Of a stretch of DNA of 64,000 bases, positions 14,601 to 29,600 are shown in pieces. The notes beneath the pieces were generated by a model that saw only the letters and a list, made by a program, of their open reading frames with translations, searched no databases and had not been told where the DNA came from. Both the position numbers and the translations under genes were made by a program. The number at the start of each line of letters is the position of its first letter. Position 1 is the first letter of the stretch. The stretch lies in assembly GCF_009914755.1 (NCBI RefSeq), contig NC_060939.1. One strand, given 5' to 3'. Origin of the DNA: the human T2T-CHM13v2.0 reference genome, Homo sapiens.

Positions 14601-17600
14601 TTCCATTCCATTCCATTCGTGTCCGTTCTTTTCCATTCCATTCAAGTGTGTTCCATTCCTTTCCATTCCTTTCCATTCCATTCCAACCCATTCCATTCCA
14701 TTCCATTCAATTCGGGTCCTTTCCATTCCACTCCATTCCATTCCATTCGTGTCTATTCCATTCCATTCCTTTCGAATCCAATCCATTCCATTATATTCCT
14801 TTCGAGTCCATTCCATTCCACTTGAGTTCATTCCATTCCATTCCACTCGAATCCATTCCAATCAATTACATTCCTTTCGAGTCCATTCCATTGCATTTGA
14901 GTAGTTTCCTTTCCTTTTCATTCGAGTCCATTGCATTCCACTCCCTTCTATTCCATTGAAGACCATTCCATTCCATTCCACTCCATTCCATTCCATTCCA
15001 TTTGAGTCATTTCCATTCCATCTTATTCCATTCGATTCCATTCCATTCCATTTCATTAGAATCCATACCATTAGATTCCAATCCAGTAAATTCTACTGTA
15101 TTCCATTAGAGTCCATTCCATTTCATTCCATTCCATTCGAGTCCATTCCTTTCCATTTTAAGTCCATTCCTTTCCATTCCATTCCATTCCAATCCATGCC
15201 ATTCCTTTCAATTCCATTCCATTCCATTCTATTCTATTCCATTCCATTCCATTCCATTCCATTCCATTCCATTACATGCCATTCCACACTTTTCGTGTCC
15301 ATTTCATTACATTCCCTTGGAGTCTATTTCGTTCCATTCTATTCCATTCCACTACATTCCATTCCACTTGGGTCCATTCCATTCCATTCCTTTCGATTCC
15401 ATTCATTACATTCCAATCCTTTCCATTCCATTCCATTCAATACCATTCCATTTCTTTTGAGTCCATTTCATTTCATTCTATTCCATTCCTCTCCATTCAA
15501 TTCTATTCCATTGCACTCCATTTTCTCCATTCAATTCGGGTCCAGTCCATTCCATTCTTTTGGAGTCCATTCCATTCCACTGGAGACCATTCCATTCCAT
15601 TCCATTCCATTCGAGTCCATTCCATTCCTTTATATTCCATTCGATTTGTGTCCATTCAATTCCATTCCATTTCAGCCCAATTGATTCCTATGCATTCAAT
15701 TCCAGTCCGTTCCATTCCACCATTTCCTTTTGTGACCTCTCCGTTCAATTGAATTTGAGTCAATTCCATTGCATTCCATTCGATTGCATTCCATTGTCTT
15801 CCATTCCATTGTTTTCAAGTCCATTGAAATCCATTCGATTCCATTCTATTCCATTCCATTCTAGTCCATTCCTTTGCATTCTATTCCATGCTATTCGGGT
15901 CCATTCCTTTCCATTCCATTCCATTCCATTCCATTCTGACTCCTTTCCATTCCATTCCATTCCTGTCCATTCCATTCCATTCCATTCGAGTCCATTTTTT
16001 TCCTTTCCACTCGAGTCCATTCTATTCCATTCGAGTCCATTCCATTCCATTTCATTCAAGTCCATTCCATTCCAAACCATGATATTCCATTCCATTCCAT
16101 TCCATTCCATTCCATTCCATTCTGCTCCATTTCATTCCATTCGTGTCCATTCCATTCCATTCGAGTGTGGTCCATTCCATTCCGTTCCATTCCATTCTGT
16201 TCCATTCAGTTCCATTCGGTTCCCTTCCATTCGATTCCATTCCAATCCCATTCAATTCTTTTCCTGTCCATTCCATTCCATTCCTTTCGAATCCATTCCA
16301 TTCCATTATATTCCGTTCGAGTCCGTTCCTTTCCATTCCACTTGAGTCCATTCCATTCCATTCCCTTCATGTCGATTCCAATCAATTTCAGTACATTCAA
16401 GTCCATTCCATTGCATTCGAGTCCTTTCCATTTCATGTCATTTGAGTGTATTCCATTCTAATCCATTCTATTCCATCGAAGCCCATTCCGTTCCATTCCA
16501 CTCCATTCCCGTCCATTCCATTCATGTCAATTCCATTCCATTCTATTCCATTCGATTCCATTCCTTTCCATTCCATTAGAGTCCATACCATTATATTCCA
16601 ATCCAGTAAATTCCACTGTATTCCATTCGAGTCCATTCCATTTCATTCGTTTCCATTGGAGTCCATTCCTTTCCTTTCGAGTCCATTCCTTTTTGTTCCA
16701 TTCCATTCCAATCCATTCCATTGTTTTCTATTCCATTCCATTCCATTCCATAACATTCCATTCGATGCCATTCCACTCTTTCGATTCCATTTAATTACAT
16801 TCCCTTCAAGTCTATTCCATTCCATTCTAATCCATTACACTCCATTCCATTCCTTTCTATTCCATTCCATTCCATTCCATAACATTCCATTCAATGCCAT
16901 TCCTCTCTTTTCGATTCCATTTAATTACATTCCCTTCGAGTCTATTCCATTCCATTCCATTCCATTCAATAACATTCCATTCCTTTTGAGTCCATTTCAT
17001 TTCATTCTATTCAATTCCTCTCCATTCCATTCTATTCCATTCCACTCCATTCTCTCCATTCCATTGAGGTCCATTCCATTCTATTCCTTTTGAATCCATT
17101 CCATTGTACTCGAGTCCATTCCATTCTATTCCATTCGCGCCTCTTCCATTCTATTCCATTCAAGTCTATTCCATTCCATTCCATTAGAGTCCATTCCATT
17201 ACATTCCATTGTATTCCATTCGAGTTCATTCCATTCCATTCCATTCATGTCTATTTCATTCTATTCGATTGCATTCCATTCCAATTCTTTCAAGTCCATT
17301 CCACTCCATTCAATTCTATTCATTCAAATCCATTCCATTCCATACCATACCATTCCGGTCCGTTCCATTCCATCCCATTCTGGTCCATTCCTTTCCATTC
17401 TATTCGAGTCTATTCCATTCCATTCAAGTCCATGACATTCCATTCCTTTCCACTCGAGACCATTCCTTTCCATTCCGTTAGGGTCCATTCCTATCCATTC
17501 CATTCGAGTCCATTCCAATACATTCCATCACATTCGATTCCATTGCATTCCTATCCATTCCATTCGGGTCCATTCCATTCTATTCCATTCCTTTAGGTTC

Positions 17601-20600
17601 CATTCCATTCCATTCCATTCGAGTCCATTCCATTCCATTTCATTCTTGTCCATTCCATTCAATTCCATTCTCTTCCATTCAAGTCCATTCCATTCCATTC
17701 AATTTGAGACCATATAATTTCATTCCATTCCAATGGAGTACATTCCATTCCATTAGAGTCCATTCCATTGGACTCCAATCCAGTAAATTCCGTACTATTC
17801 CATTCGAGCCCATTCCATTTCATTTCATTCCCTTCGATTCCATTCCATTCATTTCAAGTCCATTCCATTCGATTCCATTGCATTCCATTCCATTCCATTC
17901 CAATCAATTCCATTCCGTTCTATTCCATTCAAATCTACTCCATTCCATTCCATTCCGTTCCAATCAATTCCATTCCGTTCTATTCCATTCAAATCTACTC
18001 CATTCCATTCCATTCCATTTGCATCCAATCCATTTCATTCGAGTTCATTCCATTCAATTCCATTCGATACCATTACATATCATTCCATTCAAATCCGTTA
18101 AATTTCATTCCATTCGAGTCAATTCCATTCCATTACGTTCCATTCCATTCCTTTAGAGTCTATTCCATTCCATTCCATTCTATTTGGGTCCATTCAATTG
18201 CATTCCTTTTGAATCCATTGCATTCAATTCCATTCCATTCTAATGCATTCCATTGCATTCTAATAGAGTCCATTCCACTAAATTCCAATCTATTCCATTC
18301 GAGTCAGTTCCCTTCCATTCCATTCAATTCGTGGCCTGTCCTTCCATTGGAGTCCATTCCATTCCATTCCTTTTATATTCATTCCATTCCATCCCTTTCT
18401 GTTCCATTCAAGCCCATTCTAATCCACACCATTCAATCCCATTCCATTCCGTTCCATTCCATTCCATTCCATTCCATTCCTTTCCATTGCATTCCATTCC
18501 ATTCGTGTCCATTACATTCCTTTCCATTCCATTCGCGTCTGTTCCATTCCATTCGATTCCAGTCCATTTAATTCATTTTGATTCCATTCGAGTCCATTCC
18601 ACTCCATTGCATTAGAGTACATTCCATTCGATTCCATTCCATTCTATTTGAGTCCATTCCTTTCTATTACATTTGAGTCAATTCCATTCCATTCCATTCC
18701 AGTGCAATCCATTCCATTCCATTCCATTCCATTCCATTCCATTCCATTCCATTCCATTCCACGTGAGTCTTTTCGTTTCCATTCCATTCCATTCTAATCT
18801 ATTCCATTCCATTGGCATTCATTCCATTGAATTCCATTCGAGTCAGTTCCATTCTATTCCATTCGTGTCCATTCTCTTCCATTCCATTCCATTAAAATCA
18901 ATTCCATTCCATTCCATTGCTATCCATTCCATTCAATTTCATTCCATTCCATTCCATTCCGTTCCATCCCATTTGGGTCCATTCCATTCCAGTCCATTCA
19001 AGTCCATTCCATTCGAGTATATTCCCTTCCATTGCATGCCATTCGAATACATTCCACTGCATTCCATTTCGTTTGAGTCCATTCCATTCCATTTGAGTCC
19101 ATTCCATTCCATTCCATTCCATTCGAGTACATTCCTTTCCATTACTTTCCATTCAAATCTTTTCCATGGCATTTGAGTCCTTTCCATTCCGTTTGATTCG
19201 AATCCATTCCTCTCCATTCCATTTTATTCCATTCATGTCCTTTCCGTTACATTCCACTCCACTCAATTCCCTTCCCTTCCAGTCCATTCCATTCCATCCC
19301 ATTCCATTCTGTATCTTTCGTGTCCATTCCATTCTATTCCATTTGAATCCATTCTATTCTATTCTCTTCCATTCGAGTCCATTCCATTCCATTCCAATAG
19401 AGTCCATACCATTAGATTACAAACCGGAAAATTTCACTCTATTCCATTTGAGTCCATTCCACTGCATTCCATTCCATTTCATTCGAGTACATTTAATTGC
19501 ATTCGAGTCCATTCCATTCCATTCCATTCCATTCTATTCGAGTCCATTCCATACCATTACATTCCATTCGACTCGAATCCATTCAACTCCCTTCCATTCC
19601 ATTGAAACCCAATCAACTCCATTCCAATCGAGTCCATTCTATTCCATTAAATTCAACTAGAGTCCATTTTCCATTCCATTCAAGTCAATTCTATTCCATA
19701 TCATTCGAGTCCATTCCATTCCTTTCCATTCTAATCCATTCAAGTCCATTCCATTCTATTCCATTCCATTCCATTCCAGTCCATTCCATTCCATTCTATT
19801 TCATTCGATTCCATTCCATTCCATTCCATTCGAGTCCATTCCATTACATTCTATTGCATTCGATTCCATTCCATTACATTCCACTTGAGTCCATTCCTTT
19901 CCATTCCATTCGAGTCCATTCCATTGCAGTCGACTCCATTCCATTCCATTTTATTTGAGTCCATTCCAATCAATTCCATTCTATTGCATTCCATTCCATG
20001 CCATTCCATTCCGTTCCATTCCATTCCATTCTATTCGAGTCCATTCCATTCCGTTCGCTTCCATTCAAGTCTATTCCATTCCATTTCGTTAGTCAATTCC
20101 GTTAGATTCCAGTCCAATAAATTCCATTCTATTCTATTTGAGTCCATTCCATTCCATTCCACTTGAGTCCACTCCATTCAATTCCATTCTCTACTAATCC
20201 ATTCTGTTCCATTCTATTCCATTCCATTCCATTCCATTCAAGTCCATTCCATTCCCATCCTTTCGAGTCCATTCTATTCCGTTCCTTACCTTTCAAGTTT
20301 ATTTCATTCCATTGCATGCCATTCCAGTCCATTCCACTGCATTCCATTTCATTCGAGTCCATTGCATTCCATTCCACTCGAGTCGATTTTATTGCTTTCC
20401 ATTCCATTCAGGTCCATTCCATTTCATTTGAGTCCATTCCATTCCTTTCCATTCCATTCGAATCCATTCCATTCCATTCCATTCCATTCCAATCCATACG
20501 TTTCAGGTACATTCAATTGAACTGCTTTCCATTCGAGTCCATTCCATTCCATTCCACGCCATTCCATTCCATTCCATTCGAGTCCATTCCATGCCATTCC

Positions 20601-23600
20601 ATTTGAGTCCATTTCATTCCATTCCATTCCATTCCATTTGAGTTCATTCCATTCCATTCCAGCCCATTCCATTCGAATCCATTCGTCTCCACACCGTTCA
20701 AATCCAAACCATTCCATTAGAGTCCACTCCATTCCTTTGCATTCGAGTCCATTCGAATCCACTCTCTTCCATTAGAGTCCATTCCATTCCATTCCATTCG
20801 AGTCCATCCCATTCCATTTTATTCCATTTCATTCCATTCCATTGAATTCCAATCCATTCAATGCCCTTCCATTACTCTCCATTCCATTCCATTCCATTCC
20901 TTTCAATTCCATTTGGGATCATTCCATTCCTGTCCTTTCGATTCCATTCCATTCCATTCCATTCCATTCCATTCCATTCCATTAGAGTATATTCCATTCC
21001 AATGCATGCCATTCTACTACATTCTACTGCATTCCATTTCATTCGAGTCCATTCCATCCCATTTGAGTCCATTCCATTCCATTCGAGTCCATTCCATTCC
21101 ATTATATTCCATTCGAGTCCATTCCATTGCATTTCAGTCCTATCCATTCCATTCCATTCCATTCGAGTCCTTTCCATTGCATTTCAGTCCTATCCATTCC
21201 ATTTCATTCTAGTCAATTCCTTTCCATTCCATTTTATTCCATTCAATTGCATTCCATTCTATTCCACTCCGTTCGATTCCTTCCATATCAGTCCATTCCA
21301 TTCCATCCCATTCCATTCCATACATTTCGTGTTCATTCTATTCCATTCCGTTTGAGTCCATTCCATTCCATTCTCTTCCATTCGAGTGCATTCCACTCCA
21401 CGGTCTTCCATTGGAGTCCGTTCCATTCCATTCCATTAGATTCCATACCATTAGATTTCAATCCGGAAAATTCCATTCTATTCCATTTGAGTCCTTTCCA
21501 TTGCATTCCATTCCATTCCATTCGAGTACACTCCGTTGCATTTGAGTCCATTCCATTCCATTCCATTCCATTCCATTTCATTCCATTCCATTCCTTTTGA
21601 GTCCGTTTCATTCCATTCCATTCCATTTGTTTCGACTCCATTTAGTCCATTCCAAACCACTACATTCTGTTCCACTCGAATCCATTCAATTCCCTTCCAT
21701 TCCATTGAACCCCTTTCCACTCCATTCCACTCCATTCCAATCAAGTCCATTCTACTCCATTAAATTCAACTAGATTCCATTCCATTCCATTTGATTCCAT
21801 TCTATTCCACGTCATTAGAGTCCATTCCATTCCTTTCCATTCTATTCCACTCAAGTCCATTCCATTGCTTTCCATTCCATTCCATTCCTGTTGATTCCAT
21901 TCGACTCCATTCCATTCCATTCTATTGCATTTGAGTCCATTCCATTCCATTCCATTTGAGTCCATTCCATTCCGTTCCATTCTATTCCATTCCATTCGAC
22001 TCCATTCCATTCCATTTCATTAGAGTCCATTCCTTTCCATTCCGTTCTATTGCATTCAACTCTATTCCATTCCATTCCATTCCATTCCATTCGAGTCCAT
22101 TTCATTCCATTTCAGTAGAGTCAATTCCGTTAGACTCCAATCCAGTAAATTCCATTCTCTTCCATTCAAGTCCATTCCATTCCATTCCACTTGAGTCTAC
22201 TCCATACAATTCCATTCTATTCCAATCCATTCTGTTCCATTCTATTCTATTCCATTCCATTCCATTCCATTCGGATCCATTCCATTACCTTCCATTCGAA
22301 TCCATTCCATTCCATTCGAGTTTATTCCATTCCATTTCATGTCATTCCAGTCGATTCCACTGCATTCCATTTCATTCGGCTCCATTCCATTCCATTCCAT
22401 TCGAATCGACTCTAATCCATTCCATTTCATTTGTGTCCATTATATTTCATTCCAGTCCATTCCATTCCATTCCATTCCATTCCTTTTCATTCAATTCCAT
22501 TCCATTCCATTCCATTCCATTCCATTCGAGTCCATTCCATGCCATTCCATTTGAGTCCGTTTCATTCCATTCCGTTGCATTCCACTCGTGTTCATTCCAT
22601 TCCATTCCAGTCCATTCCATTCGAATCCATTCGTCTCCACACCGTTCGAATCTAAACCATTCCATTCGAGTCCATTCCAATCCACTCTCTTCCATTAGAG
22701 TCCATTCCATTCCATTCGTGTCCATCCCATTCCATTTTATTCCATTTCATTCCATTCCATTCCATTCTAATCCATTCAATGCCCTTCTATTCCTCTCCAT
22801 TCCATTCCTTTCAATTCCATTCGGGTCCATTCCATTCCTGTCCATTCGATTCCATTCGATTCGATTCCATTCCATTCCATTCCATTAGAGTGTATTCCAT
22901 TCCAATGCATGCCATTCTACTACATTCCACTGCATTCCATTTCATTCGAGTCCATTCCATTCCATTTGAGTACATTCCATTCCATTTCATTCGAGTCCAT
23001 TCCATTCCATTATATTCCATTCCAGTCCATTCCATTGCATTTCAGTCCTATCCATTCCATTCCATTCCATTCGAGTCCATTCCATTGCATTTCAGTCTTA
23101 TCCATTCCATTTCATTCTAGTCCATTCCTTTCCATTCCATTTTATTCCATTCAAGTCCATTCCATTCTATTCCACTCCGTTCCATTCCGTCCATTCCAAT
23201 CCATTCCATTCCATCCCATTCCATTCCATACATTTTGTGTCCATACCATTCCATTCCGCTTGAGTCCATTCCATTCCATTCTCTTCCATTCGAGTCCATT
23301 CCATTCCATTCTCTTCCATTTGAGTCCATTCCATTCCATTTGAGTCCATACCATTAGATTTCAATCCGGACAATTCCATTCTATTCCATTTGAGTCCTTT
23401 CCATTCCATTCCATTCGAGTACATTCCATTGCATTCGATTTCATTCCATTCCATTCCAATCCATTAAATTATATTCAATTCCATTCCATTTCATTCCATT
23501 CCATTCCATCCCATTCCTCTCGAGTCCATTTCTTTCCATTCCATTCCATTTCCTTCCACTCCATTTGAGTCCATTCCATACCATTACATTCCGTTCTACA

Positions 23601-26600
23601 CGAATCCATTCAATTCCCTTCCATTCCATTGAAACCCATTCCACTCCATTCCACTCCATTCCAATCGAGTCCATTCTATTCCATTAAAATCAACTAGAGT
23701 CCATTCCATTCCATTTGATTCCATTCTATTCCATGTCATTTGAGTCCATTCCATTCCTTTCCATTCTCTTCCACTCAAGTCCATTCCATTGCATTCCATT
23801 TTATTCCATTACACTCCATTCCATTCCATTCCATTCCATTCTATTGCATTTGAGTCCATTTCATTCCATTCCATTTGAGTCCATGCCATTCCTTTCCATT
23901 TGAGTCCATTCCATTCTGTTCCATTCTATTCCATTCCATTCGTCTCCATTCCTTTCCATTCCGTTCTATTACATTCAACTCTATTCCATTCCATTCCATT
24001 CCATGCCATTCCATTCCATTCCATTCGAGTCCATTCCACTCCATTTCAGTAGAGTCAATTCCGTTGGATTCCAATCCAGTAAATTCCATTCTATTCCATT
24101 CGAGTCCATTCCATTCCATTCCACTTGAGTCCACTCCTTTCAATTCCATTCTATTCCAATCCATTCTGTTCCATTCTATTCTATTCCATTACATTCCATT
24201 CCATTCGGGTCCATTCCATTACGTTCCATTCGACTCCATTCCATTCCATTCGAGTTTATTCCATTCCATTTCATGCCTTTCCAGTCGATTCCACTGCATT
24301 CCATTTCATTCGGGTCCATTCCATTCCATTTCATTCAAATCGACTCTATTCCATTCCATTTCATTCGGGTCCATTCTATTTCATTCCATTCCATTCCATT
24401 TCTTTCCATTCCATTCGAGTCCTTTCCATGCCATTCCATTTGAGTCCATTTCATTCCATTCCATTCGAATTCATTCCATTCCATTCCAGTCCATTCCATT
24501 CGCATCCATTCGGCTCCACTCCGTTTGAGTCCATACCATTCCATTTGACTCCATTCCATTCCATTTCATTCAAGGCCATTCCAATCCACTCTTTTTCCAT
24601 TTGAGTCCATTCCATTCCATTCGAGTCCATCCCATTCCATTTAATTCCATTCGAGTCCATACCATTCCATTCCATTCGAGTCCATTCCATTCCATTCCAT
24701 TCGAGTCCATTCCATTGGTTTCCAATCCAGTAAATTCCATTCTATTCCATTCGAGGCCATTCCATTTCATTTCATTCCATTCGACCGCATTCCATTCCGT
24801 TTGAGTCCATTCCTTTCCATTCCATTCTATTCCAATCAATTCCATTCCAATCTATTCCATTCAAGTCCATTCCATTCCATTCCATTCCTCTCCATTCCAT
24901 TCCATTCCTCTCCATTCCTCTCCGTTGCATTCCATTCCATTCCACTCCATTCCATTCCATTTGGGTACATTCTATTTCAATAGAGTCCACTCCATTCCAT
25001 TCCATTGGATGCCATTACATACCATTCCCTTCGAGTCCATTCCATTCGAGTCCATTCCATTCCTTTCCATTCCTTTCGAGTTTATTCCATTCCTTTACAT
25101 TCCATTTGGGTCCATTCCATTACATTCCATTCGAGTCCATTCCATTCCAATCCATTCCATTCCATTCTATTGCATTCCATTCCTTTCCATTCCATTCCAT
25201 TCCATTCCTTTCCATTCCTGTCCTTTTACTTACATTCCATTCCATTCGAGACTATTAAACTCAATTCCATTCTAATCCATTCCGTTCCACTCCATTCTAT
25301 TCTTTTTCATTCAAGTCCATTCCATTTCATTCCATTCGATTCCATTCCATTCTATTGCATTCAAGTCCATTCCATTCAATTCATTTAGAGTCCATTTCAC
25401 TAAATTGCAATCTATTCCATTTGATTCCATTCCATTCCACTCGTGGCCTTTCCATTCCATTGCATTCCGTTCCATTCCATTCCTTTTGAATTCATTCCAT
25501 TCCCTCCCATTCTATTCCATTCAAATCCATTCCAATCCATACCATTCCATGTTATTGCATTCCGTTCCATTCCATTCGTGTCCATTGTATTCTATTTAAT
25601 TCCATTCCATTCGAGTCTATTCCATTCTATTCCATTCGAGACCATTCCATTCCAATAGATTCTATTCATTTAAATTCCATTGTATTCCATTCGAGTCCAT
25701 TTCATTCCATTCCATTCCATCCCATTCAAGTCCATTCCATTCCATTCCATTCTATTCCATTCTGTTCCATTCCTTTCGGATCCATTCAATTCAACTGCAT
25801 TTCATTCTAGTCCATTCCATTCCATTCCATTCCATTCCATTAGAGTCCATTCAATTCCATTCTATCCCATTAGAGTCCATTTCGTTCCATTCCATTCCAT
25901 TCCATTCCATTCCATTCCATTCCATTCCATTCCACTCGAGTCATTTTCATTCCATTCCATTCCCTTCGAGACCATTTCATTCCATTGGATTCCATTCCAT
26001 TCCCTTCCATTCGAGTCGGTTCCCTTCCTTTCCATTCCTATCGAGTCCATTCCATTCCTTTCAATTCCTTTCAAGTCCATTCAATTCCGTTCCGTAACAT
26101 TTGAATCCATTCCGTTCCATTAGAATCCATTGCATTAAATTTGACTCCATTCTATTCCATTTCATTCTAGTCCCTTTGATTGCATTCCATTCCATTCCAT
26201 TCGAGTCCATTACATACCATTACATTCCATTAGACTCGAGTCCATTCAATTCCATTCCATTCCATTTGAATCCATTAAACTCCATTCTATTCGAGTCCAT
26301 TCCATTCCATTCGAGTCCTTCCATTCCATTCCTCTCGTGTTCATTGCATTCCATTCAAGTCCTTTCCATTCCACTTCATTCCAGTTCATTCCTTTCCATT
26401 GCATTGTATTCCATTTAAGTCCATTCCATTCCAGTCCATTCCATTTCACTCTATTCCATTCCATTCGTGTCCATTCCATTCCATTCCATTCGAGCCCAAT
26501 CCTTTCCATTATATTCTATTCGAGTCTATTCCATTCCATTCCACTTGAGTCCATTCCATTCCATTCCATTGGAGTCCATTCCATTCCAATACATTCCATT

Positions 26601-29600
26601 CGAATCCATTGCATTACTTTCAAGTCCTTTCCATTCCATTTAATTCGAGTCCATTCCCTTCTACTCCATTGTACTGCATTCAAGTCCTTTCCTTTCCATT
26701 CCAGTCCATTCCATTCCATTCCGTTCCATTCCATTCCATTCCGTTTCATTCCTTTCCATTCGTGTCCATTCAATTCGATTCCATTTGAGTAAATTCCATT
26801 CTATTCCATTCTGTTCCATTCAAGTACATTCCATTCCATTCCATTCCATTCCATTCCATTCTGTTCCATTCGATTTGATTCCATTCCATTCCATTCCATT
26901 ATATTCGAGTCCATTGCATTGCATTTGAATACTTTCCTTTTAATTTCATTTGTGTCCATTCCATTCCATTCAATTCTATTTCATTCAAGTCCATTGCGTT
27001 CCATTCCAATCAATTCCATTCCCTTCCATTCCAGTCCATTCCATTCCATCCAATTCCATTCCATACGTTTCATGTCCATTCCATTCCTTTCCATTGAAGT
27101 CCATTCCATTCCATTCTATTCCATTCGAGGACATTCCATTCCACTCCATTAGAGTCCATAACATTAGATTCCAATCCAGTAAATTCCACTCAAATACATT
27201 CGAGTCCATTCCATTGCATTCCATTCCATTCCATTGGAGTCCATTCCACTGCATTCAAGACCATTCCATTTCTTTCAATTCCAATCCATTCCATTCCATT
27301 CTATTGAATTCCATTCCATTCCATTCCATTCCATTCCTCTCCATTCCATTAAATTCCATTCCACTCAATTCCATTCCACTCAAATCCATTCCATTCCATT
27401 ACGGTCCATTCCATTCCATTCGAGTCCATTCCATTCGATTCGAGTCCATTCCACTCCATTCCTTTCTAGTCCATTCCATTCAATTCAAATCCATTCAATT
27501 CCATTCGAATTCCTTTCGAATCCATTCCACTCCATTCCATTTGGGTCCATTCCATTATATTCCAATCCATTCGAGTCCATTACTTTCTATTCCATTCTAG
27601 TCAATTCCATTCGATTCCATTCGAATCCATTCCACTCCATTGCATCTGAGTCCACTCCAATTCATTCCATTCCAGTCGAGTCAATTCTATTCCATTCCAA
27701 TTCATTCGAGTCTATTCCATTCGTTTCCAATCTATTCCATTCAAGTCCATTCCTTTCCATTCCATTCCACTCCATTCCATTCCATTACACTCCATTCCAT
27801 TCCATTCCATTACTTTCCATTCGATTCCATTACAGTCCATTCCATTCCATTCCATTACTTTCCATTCGTGTCCATTCCATTCCATTCGAGTCCATTCTAT
27901 TCCATTCGAGTCCATTCCATTCCACTTGAGTCCATTCCATTGCATTCCATTCCATTCGAGTCCATTCTATTACAATACATTTGAGTCCATTACATTCCAT
28001 TCAAGTGCATTCTTTTCCATTTCCTTCGAGTCCATTCCATTCCCTTCCATTCTATTCCATTCAAGTCCATTCCGTTCCATTCCAATCCATTCCATTCCAT
28101 GCCATTCATATACATTCCACTCCATTCCATTCGAGTCCACTGCACTCTATTCAATTCCATTGGAATCCATTCCTTTCGATTCCATTAGATTCCATTCCAT
28201 TCCATTCCATTTGAGTGCATTCCATTCCATACTATTCCATTTCACTCAAGTTGTTTCCTTTGAATTCCTTTCCATTAGAATCCATTCCATTCCTTTCCAT
28301 TCTATTCCACTCCATTCGAGTCCATTCCCTTCCATTCCATTCGAGTCCATTCCATTCCATTCCATTACATTTCATTCCATTTGAGTCCATTCCATTCCAT
28401 TCGGGTCAATTCCATTCCGTACCTTTTCCATTCCATTCCATTCCATTCCATTCCATTCCATTCCATTAATTTGGGTCCATTACATTTCATTCCATTAGAG
28501 TCCTTTCCATTACATTCCATCTCATTCAAGTCCATTCTCTTCCATTCCATTCCATTCGAGTCCATTCCATTCCATTCCATTAGAGTCCTTTCCACTCCAT
28601 TCCATCCCAATCAATTCCATTCCGTCCCATTCCATTCCATTCTATTCCATTCCGTTCCATTCTTTTCGGATCCTTTCAATTCAACTGCATTCCATTCCAT
28701 TCCAGTCCATTCCATTCTATTCCATACCATTCCATTCCATTAAAGTCCATTCAATCCCATTCTATCCCATTAGAGTCCATTGTATTCCATTCCATTCCAC
28801 TCTAGTCGTTTTCATTCCATTCCATTCCCTTCAAGACTATTTCATTCCTTTGGAGTCCATTCCATTCCCTTCCATTCGAGTCCATTCCATTCCTTTCCAT
28901 TCAATTCCATTCCATTCCTTTTGAGTCCATTCTATTTTGTTCAATTCCTTTCGATTCCAGTCAATTCCATTCCATACCATTTGAGTCCATTCCATTCCAT
29001 TACAATCCATTGCATTAAATTCGAGTACATTTCATTCCATTCCATTTCATTTGAGTTCCTGTCATTGCATTCCATTCCATTAAATACGAGTCCATTCCAT
29101 ACCATTACTTTCCGTTCAACTCGAGTCCATTCAATTCCATTCCATTCCATTCGAATCCATTCCACTCCATTCCGTTCGAGTCCATTCCATTCCATTCCTT
29201 CCTGTTCTTTTCCATTCTATTCAATTGAATTCCATTCCATTCTTTCGAGTCCATTCCATTCCATTCCACTCGTGTCCATTCCATTCCATTCAAGTCCATT
29301 CCATTCCATTTCATTTGAGTCCATTCCTTTCCATTCCATTCTATTCCATTTAAGTCCATTCCATTCCTTTACAGTCCATTCCATTTCACCCTATTCCATT
29401 CCATTCATGTCCATTCCATTCCACTCGAGCCCAATCCTTTCCATTATATTCCATTTGAGTCTACTCCATTCCAATCCTGTTGAGTTCATTCCATTCCATT
29501 CCATTCGAGTCCATTCCAATCCATTACATTCCATTCGAGTCCATTCCATTGCTTTCTAGTCCTTTCCATTCCATTTCATTCGAGTCCATTCCCTTCCACT

